Source of the DNA: Octopus sinensis
Taxonomy: Eukaryota
Assembly (NCBI RefSeq): GCF_006345805.1
Contig: NC_042999.1
Coordinates: 82,150,001-82,214,000, forward strand
Length of the DNA stretch: 64,000 nt
Direction: 5' to 3'
The stretch's first letter is position 1. Every line of letters starts with the position of its first letter. Made by a program: the position numbers and the translations under genes. Positions 29,273-41,843 of this stretch are shown piece by piece. The notes beneath the pieces were generated by a model, which ran no database searches, had not been told where the DNA came from, and worked only from the letters and a program-made list of their open reading frames with translations.

Positions 29273-29357
29273 CTTCCTGATGAGATTGATACATTACTGA
29301 ACAAATTTCATCCTGTCGGATGTATTTTGAATGTATTCATCGAGACATATGCTGATG
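29273..29357 (+). ncRNA. Decayed HHR in the inverted pLTR
   Basis: CTTC-CTGATGA-GAT...ATC-GAGAC-ATAT-GCT-GATG: 5' core intact, 3' half mutated. Confidence 0.55.
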
Positions 29358-29416
29358 ATATGAAGATATAAATGATTTGATAACATCTTGAGAGTTTGTC
29401 TCCATTTAAAATGTTT

Positions 29417-29459
<43 letters not shown>

Positions 29460-29509
29460 TATATTATACATATATATATTATATATATATATGTATGTAT
29501 GTATGTACC

Positions 29510-30105
29510 AAAGTTTATTTCCCTACGTAAGGTGGTTGTGTCCTACGCACCGCTATGTTACTACATTTTAACCCCAGGAAAACATTTTTTTCCAGCTGGT
29601 TGCCGACACACGATCTGTGCCTGAAATATACTGTGAGCAAGGAACCGTACTACTACCCTCCAGTTATTAGCAGTACTCGGTATTTGATAACTGCCGGCTA
29701 GAGGTGGCAGTCGCTCGACCTTACAGTATATAAACAGAGAAGCGACAGACAGGCGCTGATCTCGTTAGGAGCGAAACAGAGAGTTTTGAATTTCCTAAAT
29801 GAGTTTTAAGTACCGAGATTTCAGTTATTTCCAGTGCCTAGAAGAGCAAGTTTTATATTCTCTAAATGAGATTTAAGTACCGAAATTTAATTTAATTCCA
29901 GTACTGAGGAGGAGAAATAACCGAGAAAGCATGGTCTGCTGATACTGCTAATAGCTAGAGGGGGAGTAGTACTCTCCCTTGTTCAATGTGTATTTCAAAC
30001 ATAGGTGGTGCGTCGATAACCAGCTGGAAAAGATGTTTTCCTGGAGGTTAAATGCTAGTGTGCAGTATGCGTAGGACAACCACCTTACGTCGGCAAATAA
30101 ATTTT
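29510..30105. mobile_element. About 600-bp element bounded by about 170-bp diverged inverted arms, class uncertain
   Basis: CGTAAGGTGGTTGTGTCCTACGC..CCAGGAAAACATTTTTTTCCAGCTGGTT mirrors AACCAGCTGGAAAAGATGTTTTCCTGG..GCGTAGGACAACCACCTTACG. Confidence 0.7.
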
Positions 30106-30163
30106 ACTGTTCAGTATCGTTAATATTAGATCTCATTTAGTTTTAAAACTAGATGTTTTGCTC

Positions 30164-30234
<71 letters not shown>

Positions 30235-30238
<4 letters not shown>

Positions 30239-30610
30239 TTTTATTGTTTTATTCTTTTACATGATTCAGACATTTGATTGCTGTCATGCTGAAAGAAATC
30301 AACCTCGGGGTTTATTCTTTGTAAGCCTAATACTTATTCTATCTGGTTATTGTGCCGAACGGCTAAGTTACGGGGACTTAAACACACCAATATCGGTTGT
30401 CAAGCGATGGTAGGTGGAACAACACAGACAAACAAATGCATATATATATGAGAGGCTTCTTTCAGTTTCCGTCACAAGGCTTTGGTCAGCCCGAGGCTAG
30501 AGTGAAAGACATTTGTCCAAGGTGCCCCGCAGTATGAGTGGACCAAATCCACTCTGTGGACTATGGTTGGGAACAAAGCTTCTTACCACACACCCACTTC
30601 TGCGGCTATA
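30235..30610 (-). mobile_element. SINE family B
   Basis: Collinear with 4372-4792. Confidence 0.85.
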
Positions 30611-30835
30611 TATGTTTATATATAGTAAAAGAATTTATATTTCATGACCCTTCGGCATAACTGAATTAGTCATTCGCGTGAAGATTGTGCACATATGTGC
30701 GTGAAACCAATGGTAGCAGATACAGATCAGAAAATATGAATTCTATTATAATAGGCTCTCGTGAGATTGAGTACTTTTGTGTTGACCTCTTATATATATT
30801 CTATTCAAACATATGTATGTGTGGTTGTGTGTGCC

Positions 30836-30867
<32 letters not shown>

Positions 30868-31508
30868 TGTGTGTGTGTGTGTGTGTTGTGTGTGTGTGTG
30901 TGTGTCTGTGTCTGTGTCTGTGTATTATCTACTGATATTCAGTTACATCAATAACTTTAAATTCACTAGCATAACTTCAAGAGGCTCTATATTAAACTAG
31001 AAAGATTTAAGATATAACAGATATACAGAATGGCGAAGAATTTGCCTATATACAGACAATTTTTAAAAGACACCAAAAGAGTTTAGTTGAGGCATTTGGA
31101 CAGATGTTAAAACTGATAGATAGCGAGAGAGAGAGAGAGAGAGAGGGAGAGAAACAAAGAAGCAGACAAGCAAACAAAAAATGCTTTAAAGTTATCGATT
31201 AACAATGTAATGTACAACAAACACACTATTTGCTCCTTTGCACATGAGAATTGTTCACGACGCATAATTTTAAGCAAAATATTGAAAACTCCGAAGTAAG
31301 CCAAGATATATATTCAAAAAGCGTACGCATGGAAATTTACATACACGCATGCAGACACGCACTCACACACACACTCACATATTCACACATGACATACATA
31401 TATACATACCTACAAACACACACACACAGATATATATAAATATATGTGTATATATATATTTATATATACATACATGTAAGTAAGTATATATGTGATTCTA
31501 TATATATA

Positions 31509-31552
<44 letters not shown>

Positions 31553-31568
31553 ATACATACATATACAT

Positions 31569-31637
<69 letters not shown>

Positions 31638-32105
31638 CATACATACATACATACATATAAATATATATATACATATATATGCGCACACAAGTAACACGTC
31701 AGACTCCAAGGAAAAGCGAGTGTCTCAGTCGGCTAAAAGGAGTTCATCACGTTCAGTAACTAAGGTGATAATGATGGGAAATGGCGCGTCACGTTGTAAT
31801 TCAATTCTTCTTCAACACACGCATTTATTCAATCTGTAACCTGAAGTCCACAACATACATATACAGAAAGCGACAAACAATTACTTACCCGCAGCAAACA
31901 AGCACACACACGCACACAACACATATGTGCACAACCAATGAACACACATACATGCACACACACACACACACACAAATACACCCACACCTTCTACTCGCAC
32001 GCACACACGCATATATACTTACGTGCATGTACATATATATATATATATGAGGGTAATTATATATGTATGCATACATGCATAAATAAATATATGTATATAT
32101 ATTTT

Positions 32106-32159
<54 letters not shown>

Positions 32160-32163
<4 letters not shown>

Positions 32164-32520
32164 TGGCACTCCGTCGGTCACGGCGACGAGGGTTCTAGTT
32201 GATTCGATGAACGGAACAGCCTGCCTTCGTGAGTTTAACGTGGTAAGTGGCTTAACCCCCCCGCAGACACGCGTACCGTTAACTTAGTTCGCGGAGAGAT
32301 TCAGCGTGACACGGCTGGCCATTTGAAATACAGGTATAAAAGAAACAGGAACAAAGAGTGAGAGAAAATTGTGGTGAAAGAGCACAGCAGGGTTGGCCAC
32401 CACCGACTACCAGAGCCTCGTGGAACTTTAGGTGTTTTCGCTCAATAAACACTCACAACGCCTTGTCTGGGAATCGAAGCCACGATCCAACGACCGTCAG
32501 TCCGCTGCCTTAACACCCAC
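32160..32520 (-). mobile_element. tRNA-derived SINE, family E (head related to family D)
   Basis: Minus strand reads GTTAAGGCAGCGGACTGACGGTCG..GGCTTCGATTCCC (A/B boxes), then TTGTGAGTGTTTATTGAGCGAAAACACCTAAAG, similar to family D. Confidence 0.75.
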
Positions 32521-32644
32521 ATACACACACACACACACACACACACATACACATATAGTTATACATATACATATATTCACAATTATCACAGTCAATACAT
32601 ATATATAATTGTATGCTTGCATCCGTATGTATGTATGTATGTGT

Positions 32645-32850
32645 GACCGCATGTGTACCGTTGGCGATTTTTTTTTCCTCCGTCTTCCCTTCTCTGGATC
32701 TTTCCTTTTCCTATGTTTCTGACGAAGAGCTCCGCTCGAAACGTTAAACCCTCCTTCTTCCCTTCCTTCCTGAGCGTCCAATAATACTATATTTGTTCCA
32801 CGTCCTCGCGTTGTTGTGTTTTCCGTTTGTGTTTTCATGTTTAGATTAAC
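32645..32850 (+). mobile_element. PLE pseudo-LTR (solo)
   Basis: Collinear with 16225-16437, flanked by microsatellites, and carries an HHR. Confidence 0.75.
32715..32749 (+). ncRNA. Canonical minimal type I hammerhead ribozyme
   Basis: GTTT-CTGACGA-A-GAGC-TCC-GCTC-GAAAC-GTT-AAAC. Intact core, perfect stems I and II, GUU cleavage triplet. Confidence 0.85.
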
Positions 32851-33749
32851 TATGTATGTATGTATGTATGTATGTATGTATGTATGTATGTATGTATGTA
32901 TGTATGTATGTATGTATGTGTTATGTCGCACGTTCAGATGACTCTATTACTCTGTTCTTTCTACTCTAGTCTGTTCTAGTCTACGACTCTGACGTCTAGG
33001 CTTCTCCCACTATAACTACGTATTGGGCTAGCCTACTTCATCGTCTGGGGGCGTCCACACAACTGTATGTATGAATATGTATGCATTATCTGAATTATAT
33101 TTATCAGAACGTAGATAAATTAATATTCGTTTTTCCAAGCGACAGTAATTTCAAAGTTTCTTTGGTAAAAGAGTTACATGAGAAGTGTAGCTATATGTTT
33201 TTGCTCTACAGTATATTGATAATTTTCATTAGCTGGAAAAGAATGGAGTCATAGCATAAATTCTATTAAGTAAAAATAACTATTAAAATATATTCCTATC
33301 TCAGTATAGGAAGCTGTCTCCAGATATTATGCGGGATGGGTTAGTCAACTTAATCACTATGCCACACCATCACACACACACACACACACACACACATACT
33401 CACACACATGGAAATATATGTGTGTATGCTTATGTATGTATGTACGCAAGTAAGTATCAGCGCTAAACAGTGATTAGGCATAAGATAGTTAAAATATGTT
33501 TGTGACATATTTTAACTTCTAAATGCAAATTCACTGCAGATGCCGAAGAGAAAAACACACTATATGCCCAGTACTGCCACCTACCGGATTCCCAGACTCA
33601 ACGTTTCTGTCTCTTTAGCCTTCCTCAGTGGGAAATGCCGAAGAGAGGTATCTCTGAGCAGATTTAAAGTCGTAGCTTTAAGTAAGAACTCATCAACATT
33701 CACTGAGTTAGACTATTGGGTCACCAGATAGGCATAAATTCAACAGTAT

Positions 33750-34262
33750 CGGCTGACGGGTACGTGATGTTGAGAAGCCACAAGCAAAACACCCGGTGTC
33801 CATCACTCCCAAATGGGATTAAGGGTTAGTTACCTCGCCGGTCCATGACACTGAGGTGTTTTAACACCCAGCGCATTGAGAGTGTATATACTTCGCTACA
33901 CTATTGCAGCCACTGGAAAATACACAATGCATATACATTAAGTATATGTAATTAATAATTCTTATTATACAAGAGCTGTTTTTATTTCATATGTAAATTT
34001 TCTCTTACGTATTCAATATCGGGGTATGCCAGCACATGGTTTTACAAGCAATGTGCATATTAATCGTGGACTGGCTAGATAACTTGTTTTCAGCCCTGGC
34101 AGGTACATGATACTATCGAGCCACAAAAATGGTGAAGCATCCCGTGTCCATCACTCCAAAATGAGACACTTGCCTGTCCATGACTCTGAGGTGTTTTAAC
34201 ACTCGGCGCTTTAAGAGTGTATACACTTCACCACGCAACTGTAACAACCGGAAAATCCACTG
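33750..34262. repeat. Diverged direct duplication (33750-33930 and 34093-34262)
   Basis: Shared blocks GTGTCCATCACTCC, GTCCATGAC.CTGAGGTGTTTTAACAC, GAGTGTATA.ACTTC and GGAAAAT.CAC. Confidence 0.8.
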
Positions 34263-35379
34263 TGTGTAGGTAGGTAGGTAGGTAGGTAGCTAGCTAGCTA
34301 GGTAAGTGGAGAGATAAAGTAGGAAGAGAAAGTTCTCAACTCCAGCGTTATTATCCTATTTTACTTACATCATTTCAAGATTACGGCATAATATCTATAC
34401 CCGTGTTCTTGATTAGTACGGTTGATTTTTGCATATTTAGTTGTGGCTTTAAGAAAAAGTTACGTCACTGCAGAGCAATCATCTTTTGTAACCCATCGGG
34501 AAAATATTTATATCTTGGATTAAGCTGGAGGTTTTTTTATTGAATGTATATTATTACAATAAGGTATCTGTCATGTAAACGTGATTCAGGGGTATGGCAG
34601 AATATATTATTATTTTTATGATAATTCCTACATTTTTCAGAAAGAGTATCACATCTGTCTGTATGAGATTTCATAAAATTCTGTTCAGAATTTAAAATGC
34701 AAATTTAACCACGGTGGAGTTTGAACACTGATTGCAAGTAAGTAGAATAAATACAGGTGACTATTTTATTTGATTCTAACAATACTATACACATAATAAA
34801 ATCACTCGTGAACTGACACACACAGATGCATGTATGTGTGTGAGTGTGTGTGTGTGGGCATATGTGTTTGTAACATCTACATTCCCACAAACACGCACAC
34901 AAGCGAAAAGCAAAGTCAAAACTACAGATCCATTACTAGTTTTCTTACTGTTTACAAAGCCTTAACTGCAATAATATAGAAGCGGATAAATAATTACCTG
35001 AAAATAGAAAAAAAAAGCTCACTTCTTTAGAAAAACAGATAGAAACTATTGCTAAGAGGCTTTTACGATTATAAAGATCAATTATTGCTCAACATGTCAC
35101 ATGCAGAGATTTGTAAAGGAAAGAAGAGCCTTGGCATGGCATAGGTTGACTAGCAGATTTTTTTTTACGGTATTCTTTGGAAGGTATGCGTGGAAACATG
35201 CTAAAGAAGAGCAAATCAACATCAATGATAAGCGGAACATATGTAGCATTTCATGCAGATATAAGCAAAATTGACAATTACTGCAGTAGATTTCAGTAAT
35301 CGGTTTATCAATATTGTCATATGAATGATAAGAAATGTAGCAAATTTAAACTATAATGATTATATTTAGAATACACATA

Positions 35380-35860
35380 ACATACGATATCCACCACAGA
35401 AACATTTTACCCATTAATACAGATTTTAAGAGCTTTCTTAAAAACTATATATCCATATGAAGCAGCTAGAAACGTTTTAAATATACAGTTTGGGACTTGG
35501 TAGATATCGGGGGAAGAATATTGTTAAACGAAAACAATACACAATAAACAGGCACAAACGAAAACCTGTTGTCTTTGATCAAAGAAGCCAATAAATATAA
35601 AGCAGAAACTGAGATAACTGTATGAAGGAAGCAGCACAGATTTTGAGAAACATTGTTAAAATACGGGATGAAATTGTTTCTGAACAATGTATCCTATGAT
35701 GATGGAAAGAGAAGCCCTTAATAAATAACTTCATTAATAAGGAGAAAGAAAATATATTATCTCCATTTTGACTGAGATACATATGCCTTTAATTAAAAAG
35801 GAGGGTTTTCAACGTTGCACGACACCAAAGCCTTTCAGATGCATTAAAAATTTTAAATGA
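35380..35860 (+). pseudogene. Old R4/Dong non-LTR retrotransposon fragment
   Basis: LLSLIKEANKYKAE and RWKEKPL...HQSL resemble LFSVFKEADKYKQE and RWQEKPLHG...AAQDQ of the element at 46663-47720. Confidence 0.55.
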
Positions 35861-36053
35861 AACAATAAAATAATGCCAAAACAATCAAGAATACACTACT
35901 TATACCACTGTTTCTGTCCAAAACAAAACACACGGAGGATTACAACGCTGGAGTTTCCAAACACTGGAAATTACTTCTGCGTTAGGAACTACCAACATAA
36001 AATAAATATTATTAACACACAGTAGGAAAAACCAAAGATGTTAACAAAATGTT

Positions 36054-36088
<35 letters not shown>

Positions 36089-36095
36089 ATATATA

Positions 36096-36139
<44 letters not shown>

Positions 36140-36329
36140 TATATATCAAACTGGTGAGTCACATCAAGGAAGTCGGCCGGATATAGTATCAAGGGCAACC
36201 AGGAGAGGAAGTTAATAATCCTGATCAAATTTATCAATCCAAACAGACCATGTAACTCTAACGGAAATGGGTAACTTATCCAAATATACAGTCGAACCAA
36301 GTGTTGGGATCAAAAAGAGATCGGAACAG

Positions 36330-36331
36330 TA

Positions 36332-36395
<64 letters not shown>

Positions 36396-36397
36396 TG

Positions 36398-36436
<39 letters not shown>

Positions 36437-36437
36437 T
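36330..36437. repeat. (GAT)n/(GAC)n/(AAT)n compound microsatellite
   Basis: Seen directly. Confidence 0.95.
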
Positions 36438-36689
36438 GATTTCATTTTCATTTGGCAAGGTGTTCTGGATGAGGTGAGATATTACAAGATCAGCTAAAAG
36501 TTTTTGAAAGGTAAATAAAAGGATGAGTGAAGGGGGAACGTATACATGAAAAGTGTACAATGTGTAGAAAATATGTGAACACATGGATGGTGTAGTTCTC
36601 CTGATATACGATAACTTCCTACTAAGCCAATCAACAAACCCCGCATATTTGAGATTATCCCATCCACCAAAGGTAAAAACACTCTCCGT

Positions 36690-37330
36690 CTGGTTTTCGC
36701 ATACTTACAGGCCTATACTTAGTGCAGTTCTAGTCACGCTTACTGTTTTTTTTTTCTAGTCACCCACCTTTTGAAAACGTTGCTGAGGGAGAACAAGTCA
36801 CTCTGTACCCTTTCCTTTCCAAATGGAACTTGATATAGGGAATGATGTCTTGGCCGAAGGGGAAAATGTGTCTTCGTTCGATTCTTTCAACCTCCACCAC
36901 AGTTTCTTTTGCTATGGACTCCGGACAGGAACACCGCTAGCCCTGTCTTTTTAAAAGCGGGTGGTGGCGGATTTGTCCGACGTGCAGTAACAGCTATACA
37001 GTATAAGTCAGCAATGTTCGAAGTCTGCACAAATGCATGTAGTATGGTTCGGCGCTTTGCGGGGACTCAGAGAGTCGTGTCTGATGACACATCTCTTTTC
37101 TATATATTTTATCTTGAACTGGTAGTGCTCTTCAGTAACTCTGCTAAGCTAAATATTTCTGGAAGCTCTCTATATTCAATTTCGGCCTCAGAGATATCAG
37201 AAACAGACCAACTATTTTATCCTCTTCGATGCTAACTGTTTTCCCATGAATGTCATCTTATTTACTCGCCGCTAGATCCCTGCATATTGCTTACGTGGAA
37301 CATCAATGGCACATATTACCCAACTAGTAC
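36690..37330 (-). pseudogene. Degraded L1/Tx1-like LINE 3' coding end
   Basis: FGQDIIPYIKFHLERKG...FSK/RWVT...TALSIGL* resembles Tx1-clade C-termini; multiple stops and frameshifts. Confidence 0.5.
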
Positions 37331-37549
37331 AGGGACGTTAGATTGCCTTGTCCAACAATTTAGAAACGAAATAAATATATTGAATACCTAGACGAACGAT
37401 TCAAAGCCGAAAAACTAATTAGTGCTATTTTTTCTCTCACCACTAGTATATATACATATGTGTGTGTGAGTGTGTGAGTGAGTGTGTGTGTGTGAGTGTG
37501 TCTGTGTTAGTACTTAAGTATAAACATGTGTACTACCAAAGCTCTTGAG

Positions 37550-37728
37550 TATACTCTTTTACTTGCTTTTACTTGTTTAAGTCATTTGACTGCGGCCATG
37601 CTGGAGCACCGCCTATAGTCGAGCAAATCGACCCCAGGATTTATTCTATCATTTGCTTTTGCCGAACCGCTATGTAAATACACCAGCGTCGGTTGTCAAG
37701 CGATGATGGATCAAACACAGACACACAA

Positions 37729-37786
<58 letters not shown>

Positions 37787-37950
37787 ATACGACGGGCTTC
37801 TTTCAGTTTCCGTCTACCAAATCCACTCACAAGGCTTTGGTCGTCCCGATGTTATAGTAGAAGACAATTGCCCAAGGTGTCACACAGTAGGACTGAACCC
37901 AGAACCATGTGGTTCATAAGCAAGCTGCTTACCACACAGCCACTCCTGCT
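37550..37950 (-). mobile_element. SINE family B
   Basis: Collinear with 4372-4792, with an internal (TA)n expansion. Confidence 0.9.
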
Positions 37951-38328
37951 TCTGAATCTCCCTGTAGGTGAAAATAATCTCCCCGTAAGTGAACGAGAAC
38001 GCTAGATATCGATATTATGATTTACCTTTAGTTCTTTAAATATGTAGGTAAGGCAGAAAATATCAGCAAACATAATACTGCAATTCCATCACCTATCAAT
38101 GATAGGTATTTCATATAAATCATTTAAGATGAGATGCGATAAAATATATATACAAATATATCCTGAAGTTTAGGAGTAGTAAAATATAAATTGGATTTCC
38201 ATCAGATCGAGTCGAAAACAATAACTATTTGAAAGAACATATTTGAAAAGAAGATAGTTACAAACTTTCTATAAGAGATAAAAGTAGTAACTATGTTGAG
38301 AAATAATGTTAATCGCCACTTCAATATA

Positions 38329-38541
38329 GCTGTTCTGCAGGAACCGATGTTACTACCCTTTTTTAACCCGGGCAGACGCCTCCTCCAGCAGGTTATCGAT
38401 GCAATCCACCCCCGATATATTTTACAAGTAATATATATCGGGTGATACTTGCAATATATCTTGTGCAGATTGCATTAATAACTGGAGGAGGCGTCCTCCT
38501 GTGGCTAAAAACGGCAGCAATGTTGTTTCCTACGGAACAGC
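38329..38541. mobile_element. About 210-bp fold-back / MITE-like element
   Basis: About 75-bp inverted arms (GCTGTTC..AGGAA..ACGCCTCCTCCAG..ATGCAATC) plus an inner CCCGATATAT/ATATATCGGG stem. Confidence 0.75.
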
Positions 38542-40705
38542 AATGTTCAAGTGGTGAAAAACATTACCTCTATAGTCGAAAAATATTACTAAAATAGTAT
38601 ATTTCATCACTGTTCTAATATCTAAGGGATTATTCGTATCAAATCATTAGAAATATATTAGCCTATTAACTGCAAAAGGCGGAAAATGTAGATTAAGATA
38701 GTAGGGAGAAATTCATTTGATGTTAAATTACAATATATATTGAGTTATTAATTCTATATTTATGAAAGTATTAAATTCATTACAGAACAAGTCCAACTTT
38801 TAAACGTGTACAATGTATTTCTCACATATCACGTTATTCAACACAGCACTTCAAGCAAACTCAAGAATTATATTTTATACATTGGTGATACTGATGATTA
38901 AAGCTACTGATTGGTGTATTGAGAAGTTATAGCAATGTAGGTCATATCGCGAAATGAGTATTGGTTACAGGCAAAGTACATTGTTGTTAATAAGAAGCAA
39001 ACTTATAAGTTGTTAACAGGAAGTAAGTACTGAATCACTTCCTCTTTTCCTGACAGTATTTTATCAAAATTTGCAGTGAAATTAAAATTCAAATCAAAAT
39101 TACCTTTAAAAATGTAAAATTTCTAAACGCACGTTATAAATTCAATCCTTCTAAATTATATTTTCAGATTGGTTTAGATTTGTCATAATAAATAAAAGAA
39201 CTCGAATTTTAGTTCATAGCAGAGACAAGTCCTAAACGTAACATGAGTACATATCAATTCATACTTCTGAGGTGTCAAATATGAATGTGCTAATAACATT
39301 TAATTGACATAATATAGAAGGAGATACTTAATATTAATTACGTTTATAAGATGCCAAGTTATGAATTAAACAAATAAACAATCAAGCATGATTATTTAAC
39401 ATGAAACAATATTAGTTTTAATTCATGCTTTCAGATGAAATCTGACACCAAAATTTAATTGAATAACAGAAGCGCTATACAGGCTAGTGAAACATTAAAG
39501 ATACATCTGCTATTTGTTGTCAGCAAAAGAGAACAGTATATCAACTATTTTCACTTTATGAAAAAGAAATATGTCACAACTAAAATCTACAGTAGGATCA
39601 AAACTGTGGGAAGGAAGAATAAAACATATTTCAAAAATATCTGCTAACACATGCAAAAAAATTTAAAAAAAGATAAATAAAGCAAAATTGACAAAACAAA
39701 ACATTGTTCTTAGCAACAAAATTTTAAAAGATGAAATTGTAGAAAACATATCTTTAATCTTTGTAGAAAGTCAAAACAAAAGTAAAACTATGAAAAATGT
39801 TACCACAAAACTTGATTCAATATTGAGATAGAAAATGACCTTTTCAATTTGGAAATACATTTTCAGATTATTCTGTTTAGAATGCTCCGTGCTCTCGATA
39901 TAATAGTTTCGAAAATTAAGTGAAATGATATTCATAGGCAGGAAAACAATCACAAATAAAACAGATATTAGAATCCTATATACAAATTTTCTGTTGACAA
40001 AGTATATCTATTAGGTATTTAATGAAAAAGGGAATGCATTCAGACAGAAAATTTCTACAAAATAACGATTTTCCTAAAGACATATAATCGGGAAATCTCT
40101 TCAGTAATCTAAAGATACATTAGTGTAGTTATAAATGGCTGTCATTTATTGGTTAAGTGCCTGTCTGGCCGCAAGTATATGATATATCATTTGAATATTA
40201 AATATTGCATTAATGTAATCCATTGCCCTCTTTCCTGTTAATTAAGGACAAACTTATGTGTCATAAATGCGTATATTCACATAGACACAAAAAAGCACTC
40301 TGATATTCTTGGATACACACAGTCATCTATCTATCTACATAGACAGACACAACAGTATACATACAAGCAGACGCAGTTTCTACAGAGGCTTGCATACACA
40401 TAATCTAAGATATATACGAGTTGTGAAACTTCCTGTCTTCATTTTTAAATATTTAGGATCTGTTTACTTACGTTGCACTATATATCGAGTGTGTATGCAT
40501 GTGTGAGTGTGTATGTGTGTAAGTGTGTATGTGTGTGTGTGTGCGTATGTTAGTGTGGATGTGTGAATGTGTATGTGCGTGTGCTAATGGGTGTCCGTAA
40601 ATGTATGTGAGTCTTGGCATACAGCGAATGATACACAGAGGAAAAAACGACTTGTGAAAAAGAATGTGTGAATTTATGTGTTTGCGTCCAAATATATATA
40701 TATAT

Positions 40706-40744
<39 letters not shown>

Positions 40745-40766
40745 CATACATACATACATACATACA

Positions 40767-40800
<34 letters not shown>

Positions 40801-41148
40801 CATACATATACACACATATACACACACATACACCCACACTCATTCACACACATATAAATTTTTATGAACCGCCAAGCGCAATGTTACCATAAAGAAGAAA
40901 TATAATTGCCACTGAATGTGACTCATGGCGACAAGATGACTACACTGCTAGAAATAAGCGCTAAAATACTCTAATGCTCTAGTAATAGCAAATAATTGTA
41001 TACCGATTCTAGAATTAAATAATGAACATTCAGTTTCGGCTATTTCCGTAGCCTCGTCTGTCAGGACCGCTCTTTCGGTTAATTATATGTATGCATGTAT
41101 CTATGTATGTATGTATGTACGTACGTATATATATATATATTATATATA

Positions 41149-41215
<67 letters not shown>

Positions 41216-41265
41216 TATACATACGTACATGCATACATACCTACATACATACATACATACATACA

Positions 41266-41299
<34 letters not shown>

Positions 41300-41334
41300 C
41301 TTTAAGACATACAATACAACGCACACACACGAGT

Positions 41335-41670
41335 TTTATCTTTTATCTTTTACTTATTTGAGTCATTTGATTGCAGCCATTCTGGGGCACTGCCTTGAAG
41401 TGTTTACTACGAAGAATCCAACCTAGCTATAATATCTATCTTTTAGGCCTTGTTATTCTAGCATTCTCTTCTTGCCAAACTGCTATGTTACGGGTAAATA
41501 AACAAACCAATACCGGTTGTCAAACTGAGGTGAGGGACAAACATAATGCATTTCTATCCTTTTTTGTCTGCCAATGCCACTCGCAAGTCGATGGCCAGCA
41601 TGGTAGACTGAACCCGGAACAAATTGTTTCGGAAGCAAACTTCTTACCACGAAGCAACGCCCGTCCCTAG
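41335..41670 (-). mobile_element. SINE family B, diverged
   Basis: Collinear with family B in both tail and head. Confidence 0.75.
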
Positions 41671-41794
41671 GTGTATGTGTATGTGTATGTATCTATATCT
41701 ATATCTATGTGTATACATAGATACATACACACAGACACATATGTGTATGCATATATATACAAACATATATGTAGATATATATACACGCACATAC

Positions 41795-41843
<49 letters not shown>

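Larger units (their letters stand above)
27865..29410 (-). mobile_element. 5'-truncated Penelope-like element (Naiad-type) with a 3' pLTR (27865-28010) and an inverted 5' pLTR (29260-29410)
   Basis: The two pLTR segments align in reverse complement and both carry an HHR. A GIY-YIG remnant lies between them. Confidence 0.75.

Noticed and set aside
33825-33860. GCCGGTCC-containing segment as a twister ribozyme
   Set aside because: It lacks the conserved UAA loop, P4 loop and pseudoknot complementarity.
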